This document shows, in pieces, positions 37,993 through 52,572 of a stretch of DNA of 63,679 nucleotides; within the stretch, counting starts at the first letter, position 1; the number at the start of each line of letters is the position of its first letter. The stretch comes from Octopus bimaculoides (lineage: Eukaryota): positions 6,174,747-6,238,425 of the forward strand of contig NC_068993.1 of assembly GCF_001194135.2 (NCBI RefSeq), read 5' to 3'. The notes beneath the pieces are model-generated. The model made no database searches, was not told the DNA's origin, and saw nothing but the letters and a program-made list of their open reading frames with translations. The translations under genes were made by a program, and so were the position numbers.

Positions 37993-38775
37993 TTAAATTG
38001 CTGCCATGTTATATTTTTTAATTTCGTGCATGCGCATTGTTTGTTAATATTTTGTCGACTACACAGTACAGTAGGCACTGTGGATATATATGCATATGTG
38101 TATATACACACACTCAGAGGCAGTGTGGAGAACTAGAGAGAGAAGTGGGGGGGTCCTTCAGGCAGGAATTGAACCTACGTTGCAGTCTCAACCGCCTATG
38201 AATTTACCTCAGATATTACAAAGGCCGGCTTCTCATTTTACCGCTCTTTAATGTCGTTAAACATAAGGAAAGTGAAAGTATTTACTAACGTTTCCATTGC
38301 AGACAACCAATAAGAACAGTTAAAAACCCTTCGTTTTTATTGCTACATCAACAAACAGCACCAATAGTTGTGAGGCTCAATAAAATGGCTTTTTATTACA
38401 GCTCCTTCCCATTAATATACACCACCACCCTCTCACATGACCGTGATATAAATTGAAATAATATAATCGAAGATTTACTACCATTTGATCACTTGAGCAG
38501 TTCGAATTTCAAGTTTCGCGATGCGAAAATTCACCAGGCACGATATTTTTAAGAGCAATTTGCTATTTTAGAAGAATTTGATGTTGTTGATATTGTTGTT
38601 AACATCACCACAACACCCACCACAATCATTATCATCGTTGTCATCATCATCATCATCATCAATATTATCATTATTATTATTATTGTTAATGTTGTTTTTT
38701 TTAAATTAATGATGTTTATCATATGGTTTTGTTCTATATATATTTTTGTCTGTGTGTCTGTGTACATATATGTGA

Positions 38776-38869
<94 letters not shown>

Positions 38870-39226
38870 AAATATATATGTGTGTGTGTGTTGATATACA
38901 AACACATTTGCATATATATATCTTATTCGTGGATATATATATAGATAGATATACATTTATATATACACAGACCTTTATACATACATATATATGTGCGTGT
39001 ATATATGTATGTACATATATATGCACACAAACATATACACGCACATAGACGCGCGCACACGCAGAGGCACAAACGCGCGTGCGCGCATACAGACGCTCAC
39101 GAAGAGAGAAAGAGAGATAGAAGGCGAAAGGGAGAGAGAGAGAAAGACAGGAAGCGAAAGGGAGGGAGGGAGAAGCACTGCTATTATGCTATGGTCTTTG
39201 TTCACTTGGGATTTCAAGTATATCAC

Positions 39227-39264
<38 letters not shown>

Positions 39265-39960
39265 AACACACACACAGAGGAACAACAAACAAGGAACTTA
39301 ATGTTTGTATATTGATACTCAATATTTTTTATACTTTTTTCGCAATCATATTTGTTTGTATTTATTCATTTATTTTTAATTTCTTATTTTTGATATATTT
39401 ATATTTTTCATTCTTTTGCTTTTTGTTTTTATTACATCGCAATGGCTGATTTAGCGAATCAGCTTTGTTAAAACGACTCATGGCCAAATTTGATTTTATT
39501 ACATCTGGAAGAGAGAAAATGAACCTAAAATACTCCAAAAGAATGATAGCATAATCGTTTTAGTAATAGTCAGATGGAGAAACCGACAGACAAGCAAACA
39601 GATACATAAGTAGGTACATATGGAAAAACATCTCTGTAACATAATGCACATCTATAGAAGCATATACATATATACACGTATATTTATACATATAAATATA
39701 TGAATAAAAACATACACATATTCACACATATAAGTTCATAAGAACGAAATTGTTGAGACATGAGTCACTTGTATATCCTCTGCACCATATGAATTGAGAT
39801 TTTTTTCTTTATTTGAAAGATAGAAAGAGAGAGAGAGACNNNNNNNNNNNNNNNNNNNNNNNNNNNNNNNNNNNNNNNNNNNNNNNNNNNNNNNNNNNNN
39901 NNNNNNNNNNNNNNNNNNNNNNNNNNNNNNNNNNNNNNNNNNNNNNNNNNNNNNNNNNNN

Positions 39961-40022
<62 letters not shown>

Positions 40023-41160
40023 CGGTTAAAATATAGTAAGATAGTTCTTTATAGAACAGCCATGTTATAATGGCAAGAAAATGTTACCCTCTACTATTGT
40101 TATTACTTATACCTCGTTTAGAGATTTCAGAACTAGCTATATATATATATATATATATATATATAAGTTTCGACAGTTTCCGTAGGAAATCATAAATGAA
40201 AGAACTGAAACCCATAAGAAGCGTAGGCACTAAATAATTATCTACAGATATAGACATCGATATGTTATCTAGCTCTAACCAACGACAACAACAATAATAA
40301 TAATATGCATTCATATATAACACTTATATATGTGTATATATATATACATACACACATATATGTGTATATATATATACATACACACATATATGTATATAAA
40401 TACACTTAAACATATACATATTCCTACATGCATTTAGACAAGCATGCTAACGCACCAACACACATACGCATGTATGCAGGCACACATGTATAAAAATTAA
40501 AATTTTTATTACTCCGGTTTTATATATGATACAGAGTTCCATACGTGAAAAGCATTTGAAAGTTTGATGCATCTAATCTATCGCCGACAATTACAGAAAT
40601 TTATTGTAATTGCTTATTCATTTTTCAATAACTTATTAATTACTTCAACTATATTCTGTTCGGACATCTAAAGACTACTGTTTATCAAATTAAAACCATT
40701 CTCTACAGATAGCTTGCTGGGTAGGATAACTAACATGATTTAGGTTATCACTGAAAATCAGCTACAAAACGTATTTTAGAGAATTTTCAGAATGGTTAAA
40801 TGGTTTGAATATATTACAACGTAGACACGTTAAAGATTAGCAATTTCTGTAGTAAATCTTAATGGTGTAATAAATTATTTTGCCTTTCCTGTTGGCAGAT
40901 TAATTCTACAATATTCAGTTATATATGTTGTAACATATACATATTCGTATTACTTGAAGTAATTACTACAGTAGTCTTCAAATTTTCGAAACAGCTGTAA
41001 AGAATTGTCTTCCATTGTTAATAGAATTATGTAAATGTACCGTCTCAATATAAAGGTATTTTAACACTTATAATTGTTTGTCAAACTGTTATTTAAAAAT
41101 ATATCTAAAATGAGTGTCACTTTCCTTTGTCCAGTCAGCCACCCATTCTTGTATACACAC

Positions 41161-41192
<32 letters not shown>

Positions 41193-42168
41193 CTATCTAT
41201 CTATATGCATATATATATATATATATATATANNNNNNNNNNNNNNNNNNNNNNNNNNNNNNNNNNNNNNNNNNNNNNNNNNNNNNNNNNNNNNNNNNNNN
41301 NNNNNNNNNNNNNNNNNNNNNNNNNNNNNNNNNNNNNNNNNNNNNNNNNNNNNNNNNNNNNNNNNNNNNNNNNNNNNNNNNNNNNNNNNNNNNNNNNNNN
41401 NNNNNNNNNNNNNNNNNNNNNNNNNNNNNNNNNNNNNNNNNNNNNNNNNNNNNNNNNNNNNNNNNNNNNNNNNNNNNNNNNNNNNNNNNNNNNNNNNNNN
41501 NNNNNNNNNNNNNNNNNNNNNNNNNNNNNNNNNNNNATATATATATACATATATATACACACATACATATGGATATATATCTAATTATATATATGTGTGG
41601 GGTGTATGTGCGTGCGCGTTTGTATGTATGCATGTATGTATGCAGATAAACGTACGTACTGAGGTTACCGATAAGAAAGAGAGAAAGAAAACAAGCCAAG
41701 TATTGCTGTTTAAAGCATTTAGGTTTTTATCAATGTGCATATTTCATTCAGAATATGCTTGTTGATCAAACGCATACGTACACACACCCCGCCAACTTTT
41801 CTATTTCTTGTGCTTAGTGTTGTGGTTTGTTGAGCGTGTATGAGCGGATATGCTCGGCAAGCTGGTAGAGAATGTTTCAGTTGTCTTTGTAAACATCGTC
41901 AAATAATATCCGTTCATTGATTATTATCTTCTTTTTTTTTTTTTCATATTTCATTTTTATCTTTATCGGTTACAATAATGAAATTCTTGATAAACGTGGA
42001 AATATGATTCTTAATAAATTCAGCAGGGAAAATTGTGAACCGTGCACAGACACACACACACACACACATACACAAACACACACACACACACACACACATG
42101 TATACATATATATGTATATATATGCGTATATATATATATGCTTGTATATATATATATATGTATATATG

Positions 42169-42219
<51 letters not shown>

Positions 42220-42223
42220 GTGC

Positions 42224-42288
<65 letters not shown>

Positions 42289-42347
42289 CATATATAACTA
42301 AATATATATATACATATATATGTAAATATAAATATATAAATATATAT

Positions 42348-42384
<37 letters not shown>

Positions 42385-42532
42385 CACAAATATATATATA
42401 TATGTGTACAATCATATATATTTCATATACATATATAGATATATAAAATACATATATATACATACATGAACACATACATATTTCATACCTACATACATTT
42501 GATACCTATATACGTCTTTGTATATATGTTTG

Positions 42533-42618
<86 letters not shown>

Positions 42619-43042
42619 TTTTAGGCCTGTATTCTTTCCCTTTTCTTTTCAATCTACCTAACTACAATTATCGGTCGATCTTTCTTTCTCTTTAACTACT
42701 TACATCTGATCACATCTCCCTGTTCGATAGTATTGCTCACGGGTAGAAAAATATTGTCGTGTACGAAGACACGAGTAGAAAATATAGCATTTTGTGCGTT
42801 GCATTCCTCTCTCGCATCGATCGAATCGATGTTAGAAACATACTCGCTGACACGCACGCATACACATATATACACACATTATATATATATAAATATATGT
42901 GTGCGTATATATATATGTGTGTGTGTGCGTGTGTGTGTATGTATATGTTTATGTATATGTACATCTCTCTTTCTCTCTATATATACATATATATATGCAT
43001 GTATGTATATATATATATATACATATATGAATACATATGCAT

Positions 43043-43124
<82 letters not shown>

Positions 43125-43210
43125 NNNNNNNNNNNNNNNNNNNNNNGAATCTTTTCATGTGTGATTCTTCCTTGCGGGCGGATTCGTAAACATATTAAAC
43201 TATTAAGTAT

Positions 43211-43253
<43 letters not shown>

Positions 43254-44055
43254 AATACATGCACACACAGCGCACGCGTTTCCATACAAACACACTCACA
43301 CTCACATATATAACCGGAAAATCCCCTTATTAGGAATGTATTGATACAAATATACAGAACTTGAGTTTGCATTTAGAGTCTTGTTTGTATGAGTGTGATT
43401 TTAATATGCGTTGAATTACGCTTAAATGTATCTGTACATACATACATACATACATACATACATACATACATACATACATACATACATACGCGCACGTCCA
43501 CACGCACAAACACAAATATATAGTTAGATAGAGTGGTGACGGGAGAAGGAGATCGTTATTTTGTCATGCCTTGCATTTTCTTTGAAGATTGAAAGAGAAG
43601 GGAAGACATGTTTGGGAAAATGAGTGCAGTGCACAAAATAATGTGAAAGGACTGGAGAAGTATGGATGCATAGAAATATGAATGTATGGATGTATGGATG
43701 GATAGAGGAGTTGTTGGAAAAATGCCGTAACAGCTGCGTCATGGAAAACAGATATTTTTGTCAGTGCACAACGTGATTTAGAAATACAGGGGAAGAATAA
43801 TTAAAAATACACGCCACAAATCTATCCATCTACCAATATTAATATATATATATATTATTCGTAAGCGTTAATTCAACAAAGAATTTCTCAGAACTTGAAC
43901 ATCCCATAATGTCTTCGTTCCTTCTTTTGATCATGGCCTAAGATATATTTATATACTTGAGTGAAAAACAGAGAATCGTTTTGCATGCGTTTACATACAC
44001 TGCGTCGTACCTTGGTCAAGTGTTTTCTACAACAGCTGCAGGACATATGTGTGTG

Positions 44056-44087
<32 letters not shown>

Positions 44088-44314
44088 AGTGTAACATATG
44101 GTATAATTATAAACAGGGCAATTTTTATCCATTTCTCCGCAGATTAAAAAAATGATGAACAACCTTAATCGATTTTCGAACCTGATTGGGTTCTCACCAG
44201 AAGCATCTACATCATTCTGACAGTCTCCAGAGAAACAAGCAACCAAACTGTTTATATACTCAACACATGAAGCAGTTACTCTATGAAGGAGTTCCTAATT
44301 TGTATACCGTCTAC

Positions 44315-44592
44315 CAAATCCACTCACAAGGCTTTGGTCGGTCCGAGGGGCTACAGTAGAAGACACTTGCCCAAGGTGCCAAATCTGTTTGTCTGTCCTT
44401 GTTTGTCTCCTTTGTGTGTAGCCCCTTGTGAGCAGTAAAGAAATAAGAAACGTTAGCACGCCGGGCGAAACGCTTAGCGGTATTTCGCCCGTCGCTACGT
44501 TCTGACTTCAAATTCCTCCGAGGTCGACTTTGCCTTTCGTCCTTTCGAGATCGACAAATCAAGCCCTTGTGCCTATAGTAGAAAGGATTATT
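44315..44592. mobile_element. SINE A head (-) followed by an alternative B tail fused to a SINE B copy (+)
   Basis: A head remnant at about 44315-44380, the tail GTCTGTCCTTG..AAAGAAATAAGAAA, then CGTTAGCACGCCGGG through to TAGTAGAAAGGATTATT. Confidence 0.85.
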
Positions 44593-45867
44593 GAAGCTTA
44601 CGTCGATTCTTCTGGGGTGCTTTGCATTTATGGAAAAACTAAATGCATACAAATAATAAAACGAAATATACAGCACAGTACTGTTTCTACTTCACGGATT
44701 TTCACCTTTCCCGGGGGTTTTGGAACGTGACACCCGCAATAGTCGAGGGATTACTGTATATCGATACATTTTTACACCTGTAGTGCACCAGTGAGATGTT
44801 GTGTAATCATTATGATATATCTAAGTTGTAAATTGCACCTCCTCAGGTAATTGGTTAAGTTCTTCGTTAGGCCTTACCATCATTTCACTCACTGAGTATT
44901 CACATCCAAAGTGATGCCCCATTTTCAGCAGTTTATAGATTTAATTTTTATATGCATACATACAGACAGACAGATACATACATACATACAAACATATATT
45001 CATACGAATACTCATACATACATACATACATACACACGTATACGTTTGTACATATATACATCCGTACAAATAGACATGTAGTCATTATATGACTATAAGT
45101 ATATTCACACATACACACATATACTTACATTACACATTAACTCGCGCTCTCATATCCGCCAATCCCTAGATCAATGATGACGCAATCAAAAAATCGTCAG
45201 CACGTTGTTAATGAACGGTTTTAGTTCCACAAAGAATAATTAAAATAAAAATGAAGAAAATCACACCTCGTACTGAATACAGAAGTTCTTAGATTCCAAC
45301 GAAGATGCTATGGTCTGTTGTATTTTTTTTTTACTTTTTGATATTGTATTTTTATTTTTTATGGGTTTTTTTTTTCTCCTGAATATATCTCTTATTACTT
45401 CTGAAATATGTACATATATGAAAATATAAAACACCTGCTTTTCTTGCTAATACATAATTGTAAAACTCATTGGGGACGAACATCGGAGAAATACCTGCAT
45501 GTATGTATGTATGTATGTATGTATATGTATGTATTTATGTATATGTATGCATGCATATATATTGTATGTATGCATGTTTGTGCATGTATGTGTGCATGTG
45601 TATATGTGTGTATGAATGAATTATGTACGTATGAATATGCGTATGTATATATGTATGCATGAATATATGAACGTGTGTGTATGTGTATATGTACATGAAT
45701 GTATGTCTGCATGTATATATATATATATATATGAATTCATGAATGTATATATGTCTATTTGTGCATTTATATATGTGTTGTGTGCGCGTGTGTGTATGTG
45801 TATGTATATATGAAGTAAGAATATATACACACACACACATATATATATATACACGCACATCTATCTT

Positions 45868-45904
<37 letters not shown>

Positions 45905-46700
45905 NNNNNNNNNNNNNNNNNNNNNNNNNNNNNNNNNNNNNNNNNNNNNNNNNNNNNNNNNNNNNNNNNNNNNNNNNNNNNNNNNNNNNNNNNNNNNNNN
46001 NNNNNNNNNNNNNNNNNNNNNNNNNNNNNNNNNNNNNNNNNNNNNNNNNNNNNNNNNNNNNNNNNNNNNNNNNNNNNNNNNNNNNNNNNNNNNNNNNNNN
46101 NNNNNNNNNNNNNNNNNNNNNNNNNNNNNNNNNNNNNNNNNNNNNNNNNNNNNNNNNNNNNNNNNNNNNNNNNNNNNNNNNNNNNNNNNNNNNNNNNNNN
46201 NNNNNNNNNNNNNNNNNNNNNNNNNNNNNNNNNNNNNNNNNNNNNNNNNNNNNNNNNNNNNNNNNNNNNNNNNNNNNNNNNNNNNNNNNNNNNNNNNNNN
46301 NNNNNNNNNNNNNNNNNNNNNNNNNNNNNNNNNNNNNNNNNNNNNNNNNNNNNNNNNNNNNNNNNNNNNNNNNNNNNNNNNNNNNNNNNNNNNNNNNNNN
46401 NNNNNNNNNNNNNNNNNNNNNNNNNNNNNNNNNNNNNNNNNNNNNNNNNNNNNNNNNNNNNNNNNNNNNNNNNNNNNNNNNNNNNNNNNNNNNNNNNNNN
46501 NNNNNNNNNNNNNNNNNNNNNNNNNNNNNNNNNNNNNNNNNNNNNNNNNNNNNNNNNNNNNNNNNNNNNNNNNNNNNNNNNNNNNNNNNNNNNNNNNNNN
46601 NNNNNNNNNNNNNNNNNNNNNNNNNNNNNNNNNNNNNNNNNNNNNNNNNNNNNNNNNNNNNNNNNNNNNNNNNNNNNNNNNAATAATAATAATAATGATA

Positions 46701-46741
<41 letters not shown>

Positions 46742-46774
46742 AATGATAATAATAATAATAATAATAATTATAAT

Positions 46775-46812
<38 letters not shown>

Positions 46813-47259
46813 TGATGATAATAATAATAATAACGACCACAACAACAGCATCAACAATAATAATGGCTTCTTATCTTAACTTTGGAAGTGTTATCATGTA
46901 CATTGTTTTTTGTCTTGATATAAAAGACGGGCTACAGCAAGGAACCGCATTTCACGTTGCTCTGGTCATGTATGGATACAGCCTCCTCCCCTTCCTCCTC
47001 CTCTTCCTCCTCCTCCCCTTTCCTCCTCCTCTTCCTCATTATCCCCTTCTTCCTCCTCATCCTTCTTCTTCCAGCTGTCATATATTGGACCTGGGAAAAG
47101 TAGTGCTTAGCTAACTGATGGTTGTAGCCCACCCCTTAAAACCGTGACACTCCCAAATTGAAGGCCCACAACCGGATACAGTCTGCAATTACGCCTGGGT
47201 TAGTCTACGTCACTCTGTAAAGAGGATAGGGTTGGTTTCCCCGGTTTCTCTGGTGTATA

Positions 47260-47452
47260 ATATATCCCTGCCTGGATGGGACGGCGGTCCGCTGCAGGAT
47301 CACTCATTTTTATCAACTGATTGGAACAGAACAATGTAAAATGAAATATTTTGTTGAAGAACACCACACATCATTGGGGGATTGAACCTACAATCTTACG
47401 ATCATAAATCTGACACCCTAACTACTAAGACATATGCCTCCACAGTTATACC
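47260..47452 (-). mobile_element. tRNA-headed SINE with CORE-like and V-like central blocks (family D)
   Basis: The reverse complement reads TGGAGGCATATG..TAGGTTCAATCCC..TTCAACAAAATATTTCATTTTAC..AAAAATGAGT..GGACCGCCGTCCCATCCAGG. A related block is at about 61890-61975. The domain names are from memory. Confidence 0.55.
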
Positions 47453-48334
47453 CAGGATACTCTAAATTGATAGATGTGTGTATATATGCGTAGAATTTCT
47501 GATAAAATTTAATAAAATAAACACCTATAAACTAAGGCCATTAAATTGATAATGTTTTAAACTCATAATGTTTGTTCTATGTTAAAATGCAATGAAATTG
47601 TCATTTGTCTGATGGAAATCTGTCACCAAACAAGGTTATTGTTCTCCAAATTCGATATAAAATAAATAATAAATAGTATTAAAAATAAGCAGCAATATGT
47701 TTTTTATTTAATAATCTTTAATAATCAATGTTTAATAATCAATACTAAAAAGAGAGTGTGAAAATTTGAACTTCGCAAGTTCTGTAGAGTTTAAAATATA
47801 ACTTGCTCAGACACTCCAGCAGACATCAATGCAAATGAACGAAGCAAAAAAAAAAAAAAGTAAGCCATTGAAAGAAAAGGACAAGAAAAACAAAGGCGGC
47901 GGCAGTAGCGGCGGATAAACTGTTTGTGAATGAATGTGTTTTAGAGAGGAAGTGAAGTTGTATAACTACAACAATATTCATTTACTGAACGATAATCCTA
48001 CTTTGGAGGCGCAATGGCCTATGGTTTGGGCATCGAACTCAAGGTCATAGGATCCCGGTTTCGATTCCCACTCAGATTCCCTTGTTCGAAAATATAAGGA
48101 CACAGATCGTGTCGTATAGCCAGCTGGAGAAGATGTTTCGTGGGGCTAAATTACAGCAATATTCGTCCTTAACCAGGACTGCCATGTTATGTTGGCAAAC
48201 AATCTTTACTCTAAAGATTATTTTGTCGAATATGTCCTTCTTGATTTTCCAGTAAAACGCGGTTTCTGCAACAAGCAAAACAAGGGACAGCGTAAGAGCT
48301 CCATCGTCCACTCGATTACATCGTTGATGTTGTT

Positions 48335-48460
48335 GAGATCGACTTTGCCTTTCATCCTTTCGGAATTGGTGAAATAAGTACCATTTTCGCACTGAGGTTG
48401 ATGAAATCGGCTGCTTCCTCCCACAAAATTTCAGGCCTTGTGCCTATAGTAGAAAGGAGT
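48335..48460 (+). mobile_element. SINE family B 3' half
   Basis: GACTTTGCCTTTCATCCTTTCGG..AAAATTTCAGGCCTTGTGCCTATAGTAGAAAGGA. Confidence 0.85.
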
Positions 48461-48464
48461 ATCG

Positions 48465-48815
48465 TTATTACAACCTAACTTATTGTGAGCTACCCATGTC
48501 TCGTCTCTGCTCCTTAGAGACGCAGCACTGTTCTCAAAAACATGAGTCGTTCCAAGTATTGCTGCCAACTGAGTACTTCCTATGAAGTTTGGTATTGGCA
48601 GCTTTTGATACCAGAATATTACTTTCTTGGAGGTGGTCTTAAGAGCTCCGATCACAATCGGTACCACATTCACTTCCGAGAATCTAAGGACGCGTTTCAC
48701 TTCCAATGTTAGGTCTTGGTACTTTTCGACTTTCTTGATCTCTGTCTACACAATATTCAAGTCTACAGGTATAGTCACGTAGATAAGGTCCATTCTTTGG
48801 ACTCCTTCAGTAGGA
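48465..48815 (-). mobile_element. 5'-truncated R4/Dong-like element (RLE domain C-terminus and 3' UTR)
   Basis: The minus strand reads IYVTIPVDLNIV*TEIKKVEKYQDLTLEVKRVLRFSEVNVVPIVIGALKTTSKK..GSTQLAAILGTTHV(fs)LRTVLRL*. A short UTR ends in TAATAA. Confidence 0.9.
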
Positions 48816-49654
48816 GATAATTATTACTACAATGATTATCATTATTATTATTGTCGTTGTTGTTGTATTGCTGTTGTTGTTGATGATGATCATGATGATA
48901 ATGATGATGATGATGATGTGTCGCATCTCGAACTAGAATTTTCTCAAGGACCATTCTACTACACTTCCTAAAGCACGTACACTTCTTGACGTAAAGATAA
49001 AAAGAACCTTGACGACTTCTAAAAGAGAAAACATGAGAAGTGGATATCAAAGAATATAATTTTTTTGTTTCTTCAGTTTTCAAAGTTGTTCTTATGCTGT
49101 CTTCCATGACTGTAGCTTCGGCAATCCCTATGTGGACTTTTTCAGGAAAACACAAAGTAAAAAGCAAACAGCATACAATTTCGAAAGAAATTGCTTTCTC
49201 TTTCTCTTTCATACATTCTCAACAATCATAATTTTCAAAGCAGCCGTGATACTCACAAAAGAGGTAGTTGCTGTTATTTCTAAGGTCGCCACTATCGTTT
49301 TTATCCCTGTCCATTGTGCTTTTTTTTTTATTGCTGTGCCATCTATATTGTTACTCGTATTAATATTGTTATTATTATTCGTATAGAGTCTTTGCTCGAT
49401 TTAACAAAAGATTTATTGAGCTTCCAAACTTTCCGACTGCTCTCTACACATTAGTGATCTATAAAGAGTAGTGTTTAACAGGGTGTGTTCAAGGTGCTAG
49501 TCCCGCCATATTCTTCAATTTTGAACGATAAAATATGGCAGGTCAGCTTATTAGATATATAGTAATGATGTACTAAAATTACAATAATCCAGGACAGTCA
49601 TTATTGCCTCTCCTATAAAAGTCGCACAAGTTCTAGAAACCACCCTGTACGACT

Positions 49655-49870
49655 AACGATCGTAACGTTGTGATTTCGATTCCTCGCGGCACGTTGTGTC
49701 CTAGAGCGAGACATTTTATTCCATGTTGCTCCAGTTCACTCAGCTAGCAAAAAGGAGTTGTGCCTGTAATCCAAGGGGCCAACCTTATCACATTCTGTAT
49801 CGCTCTGAATCTTCTTTAAAACTACGTTAAAAGTACGCATGTCTGTGGAGTTCTCAATCACCTGCACCTT
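49655..49870 (+). mobile_element. SINE with CORE-like middle and family C type-1 tail
   Basis: TGTGTCCTAGAGCGAGACATTTT..CCAGTTCACTCAGCTAGCAAAAAGGAGT, then AAGGGGCCAACCTTATCACATTCTG..GAATCT..AACTACGTTAA..CATGTCTGTGGAG. Confidence 0.7.
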
Positions 49871-49891
49871 AGTTTAACTGGCAGACTGTAT

Positions 49892-49933
<42 letters not shown>

Positions 49934-51724
49934 GCTTCTTACCACACAACTACATGCATGCATACATATACATATATATGTATGTAAACATGCACACATG
50001 CACACGCACAAACAGACACACACAAACGCATACGCACATATGCTCGCGCACACATCTGTTAAACATTGTTGTAAGTGAGAGGATTCTGGAAGCAAACACC
50101 TACTCTAATTAGCGAATAGTCATCAAGATATAGGTTTTTCTAAACGAAGGTCCGACTAATCAAGAGCAAACAACACTGTGTGACTCTATCATTCTGTATA
50201 TAATGCCACCGTTTGCTTTAATAACTGCAACACATGAGACTGTTTCATCTTTGAACTGTGACTGGTTTACCTTTGAACCGAGACATCTTCACCTTTACAT
50301 TGACAATCAACATTACAGACAGCTTATTTCAATTTCCAAGTAATTTTTAAAACAATTTTTAATTCTATTTTCTATTCATTTTGCTTGACTTTTTAAAAAT
50401 CTTACATTTATTTATTTTATTTATTTGTTCGTTAAGCCGGTCGAAATCTGCTTTGCCTATTAACATGAGTAGTTGAAATAATCATTAATAAAAATATGTA
50501 GCAAAAAAAAACGGAAAAAAAAGAAAACTACCAACTATTCTTGGTTATATCTGGCTTGCTAACCTTTTAAAACATTTATTTTATAATTAGATAAGATCAA
50601 TTTGTAATTAAAAGAATAAAAAATGAAAAATAAAAAATAAAAACAAAACAAAACAGAGACTAACGAAAATAACTACAACCACAAATAATAAAATAAAACA
50701 AAAAAAAAGTTAAGCAACATGGCGAAACCTCACATCGTCTAACGTTTTAGTACTTTCCGCCATTTTATTAATGCTCTTATTTTCTCTTTTATTCGTTTAT
50801 CTCGGAAAGAAATATCCTATTGATCTTATTGGAATTATACATTGTTTCTTTCCTTTTATACGGTGTTATGATTATTGCCATCGTTGTTGTTGTTGTTGTT
50901 GTTGTCATCGTCGTCGTCATTATTATTATTGTTATTATTGTCATCGTCTTTATTATGTTCCTNNNNNNNNNNNNNNNNNNNNNNNNNNNNNNNNNNNNNN
51001 NNNNNNNNNNNNNNNNNNNNNNNNNNNNNNNNNNNNNNNNNNNNNNNNNNNNNNNNNNNNNNNNNNNNNNNNNNNNNNNNNNNNNNNNNNNNNNNNNNNN
51101 NNNNNNNNNNNNNNNNNNNNNNNNNNNNNNNNNNNNNNNNNNNNNNNNNNNNNNNNNNNNNNNNNNNNNNNNNNNNNNNNNNNNNNNNNNNNNNNNNNNN
51201 NNNNNNNNNNNNNNNNNNNNNNNNNNNNNNNNNNNNNNNNNNNNNNNNNNNNNNNNNNNNNNNNNNNNNNNNNNNNNNNNNNNNNNNNNNNNNNNNNNNN
51301 NNNNNNNNNNNNNNNNNNNNNNNNNNNNNNNNNNNNNNNNNNNNNNNNNNNNNNNNNNNNNNNNNNNNNNNNNNNNNNNNNNNNNNNNNNNNNNNNNNNN
51401 NNNNNNNNNNNNNNNNNNNNNNNNNNNNNNNNNNNNNNNNNNNNNNNNNNNNNNNNNNNNNNNNNNNNNNNNNNNNNNNNNNNNNNNNNNNNNNNNNNNN
51501 NNNNNNNNNNNNNNNNNNNNNNNNNNNNNNNNNNNNNNNNNNNNNNNNNNNNNNNNNNNNNNNNNNNNNNNNNNNNNNNNNNNNNNNNNNNNNNNNNNNN
51601 NNNNNNNNNNNNNNNNNNNNNNNNNNNNNNNNNNNNNNNNNNNNNNNNNNNNNNNNNNNNNNNNNNNNNNNGTATGTGTGTATGTGATATGTTTTACTTA
51701 CCACCGCCGCCGCCGCCGCTGCCG

Positions 51725-51915
51725 CTTCACGATTGGTGTTGGTTTATTTACGCTCTCGTAACTTAGCGATTCGACAGAAAAAAAAACGGATAAAATAAGT
51801 ACTGGGCCCAAAGGAAAAGAAAAGTATTTGGGTAGATTTATTGGACAAAAGCTTTGAAAGCGGTGCCCCAGTATGGCCCGAAGTCCAATGACTGTCACAA
51901 GTAGAAGATAAAATA
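51725..51915 (+). mobile_element. SINE family A 3' half
   Basis: GTGTTGGTTTATTTACG..GTAACTTAGCG..AATAAGTACT..GCGGTGCCCCAGTATGGCC..AATGACTG. Confidence 0.75.
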
Positions 51916-52424
51916 CAAAAGAAATAAGAAAATATACAGAAACGGTTAAAATCCTGAGGTTTCGAATAAACAGGCCGCCATACTTGAAGCCAATGCCGCA
52001 GCCCACAATGCACGGCTTGTGGTGTGACGTCACAGACCGCTGCGTCGCAGTATTGTGATGGCGATCTTATCATACACACGAATCCGGTTTCATTTGTGCC
52101 ATTGTGATTTTTAGTATAGTGTTAATTGTTTTATACTGTTTCTTTTTTATATCTAATCATTGATGGCCATCAACAGAGTGGCTACAATCAACTATTAGAC
52201 ACCAAGATTGTAAATTTAGATTAAATCCTATTTTTTAGACATTAAAGTCCCATAATATTCGTGACAATAAAACTGAATTGTCCATTACTTAAAAAGAATA
52301 TTCTACACGTATGTTTTCCCCCATTTAGAATCTCTCGCTAATACACGATTGATTCCCAGGCTTAAATCGATCTCGTCCATATAATTATAGCGTAATGTAA
52401 AAAGAAAAATAATTATTACAAACG

Positions 52425-52572
52425 CAGACATGGCTGCGTGGTAAGCTTGCTTGCCAACCACATGGTTCCGCATTCAATTCCAATGCGTGGTACTTTCGGC
52501 AAGTATCGTCAACTATAGCCTTGGGCCGACCAAAGTCTTTCAATTAAGGAACTCAAAGAAGCCCGTCGTATG
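52425..52572 (+). mobile_element. SINE family A 5' half
   Basis: CATGGCTGCGTGGTAAG..CCAACCACATGGTTCCG..CTATAGCCTTGGGCCGACCAAAG..AAGAAGCCCGTCGTA. Confidence 0.8.

Noticed and set aside
49496-49650. Possible MITE (CAGGGTG..CACCCTG-TA)
   Set aside because: Only about 7-8 bp of terminal match and a single copy here, which is insufficient without a genome search.
50715-50724. YY1/Kozak-like CAACATGGCG
   Set aside because: Isolated motif; the ATG opens only a 7-codon frame and there is no supporting promoter context.
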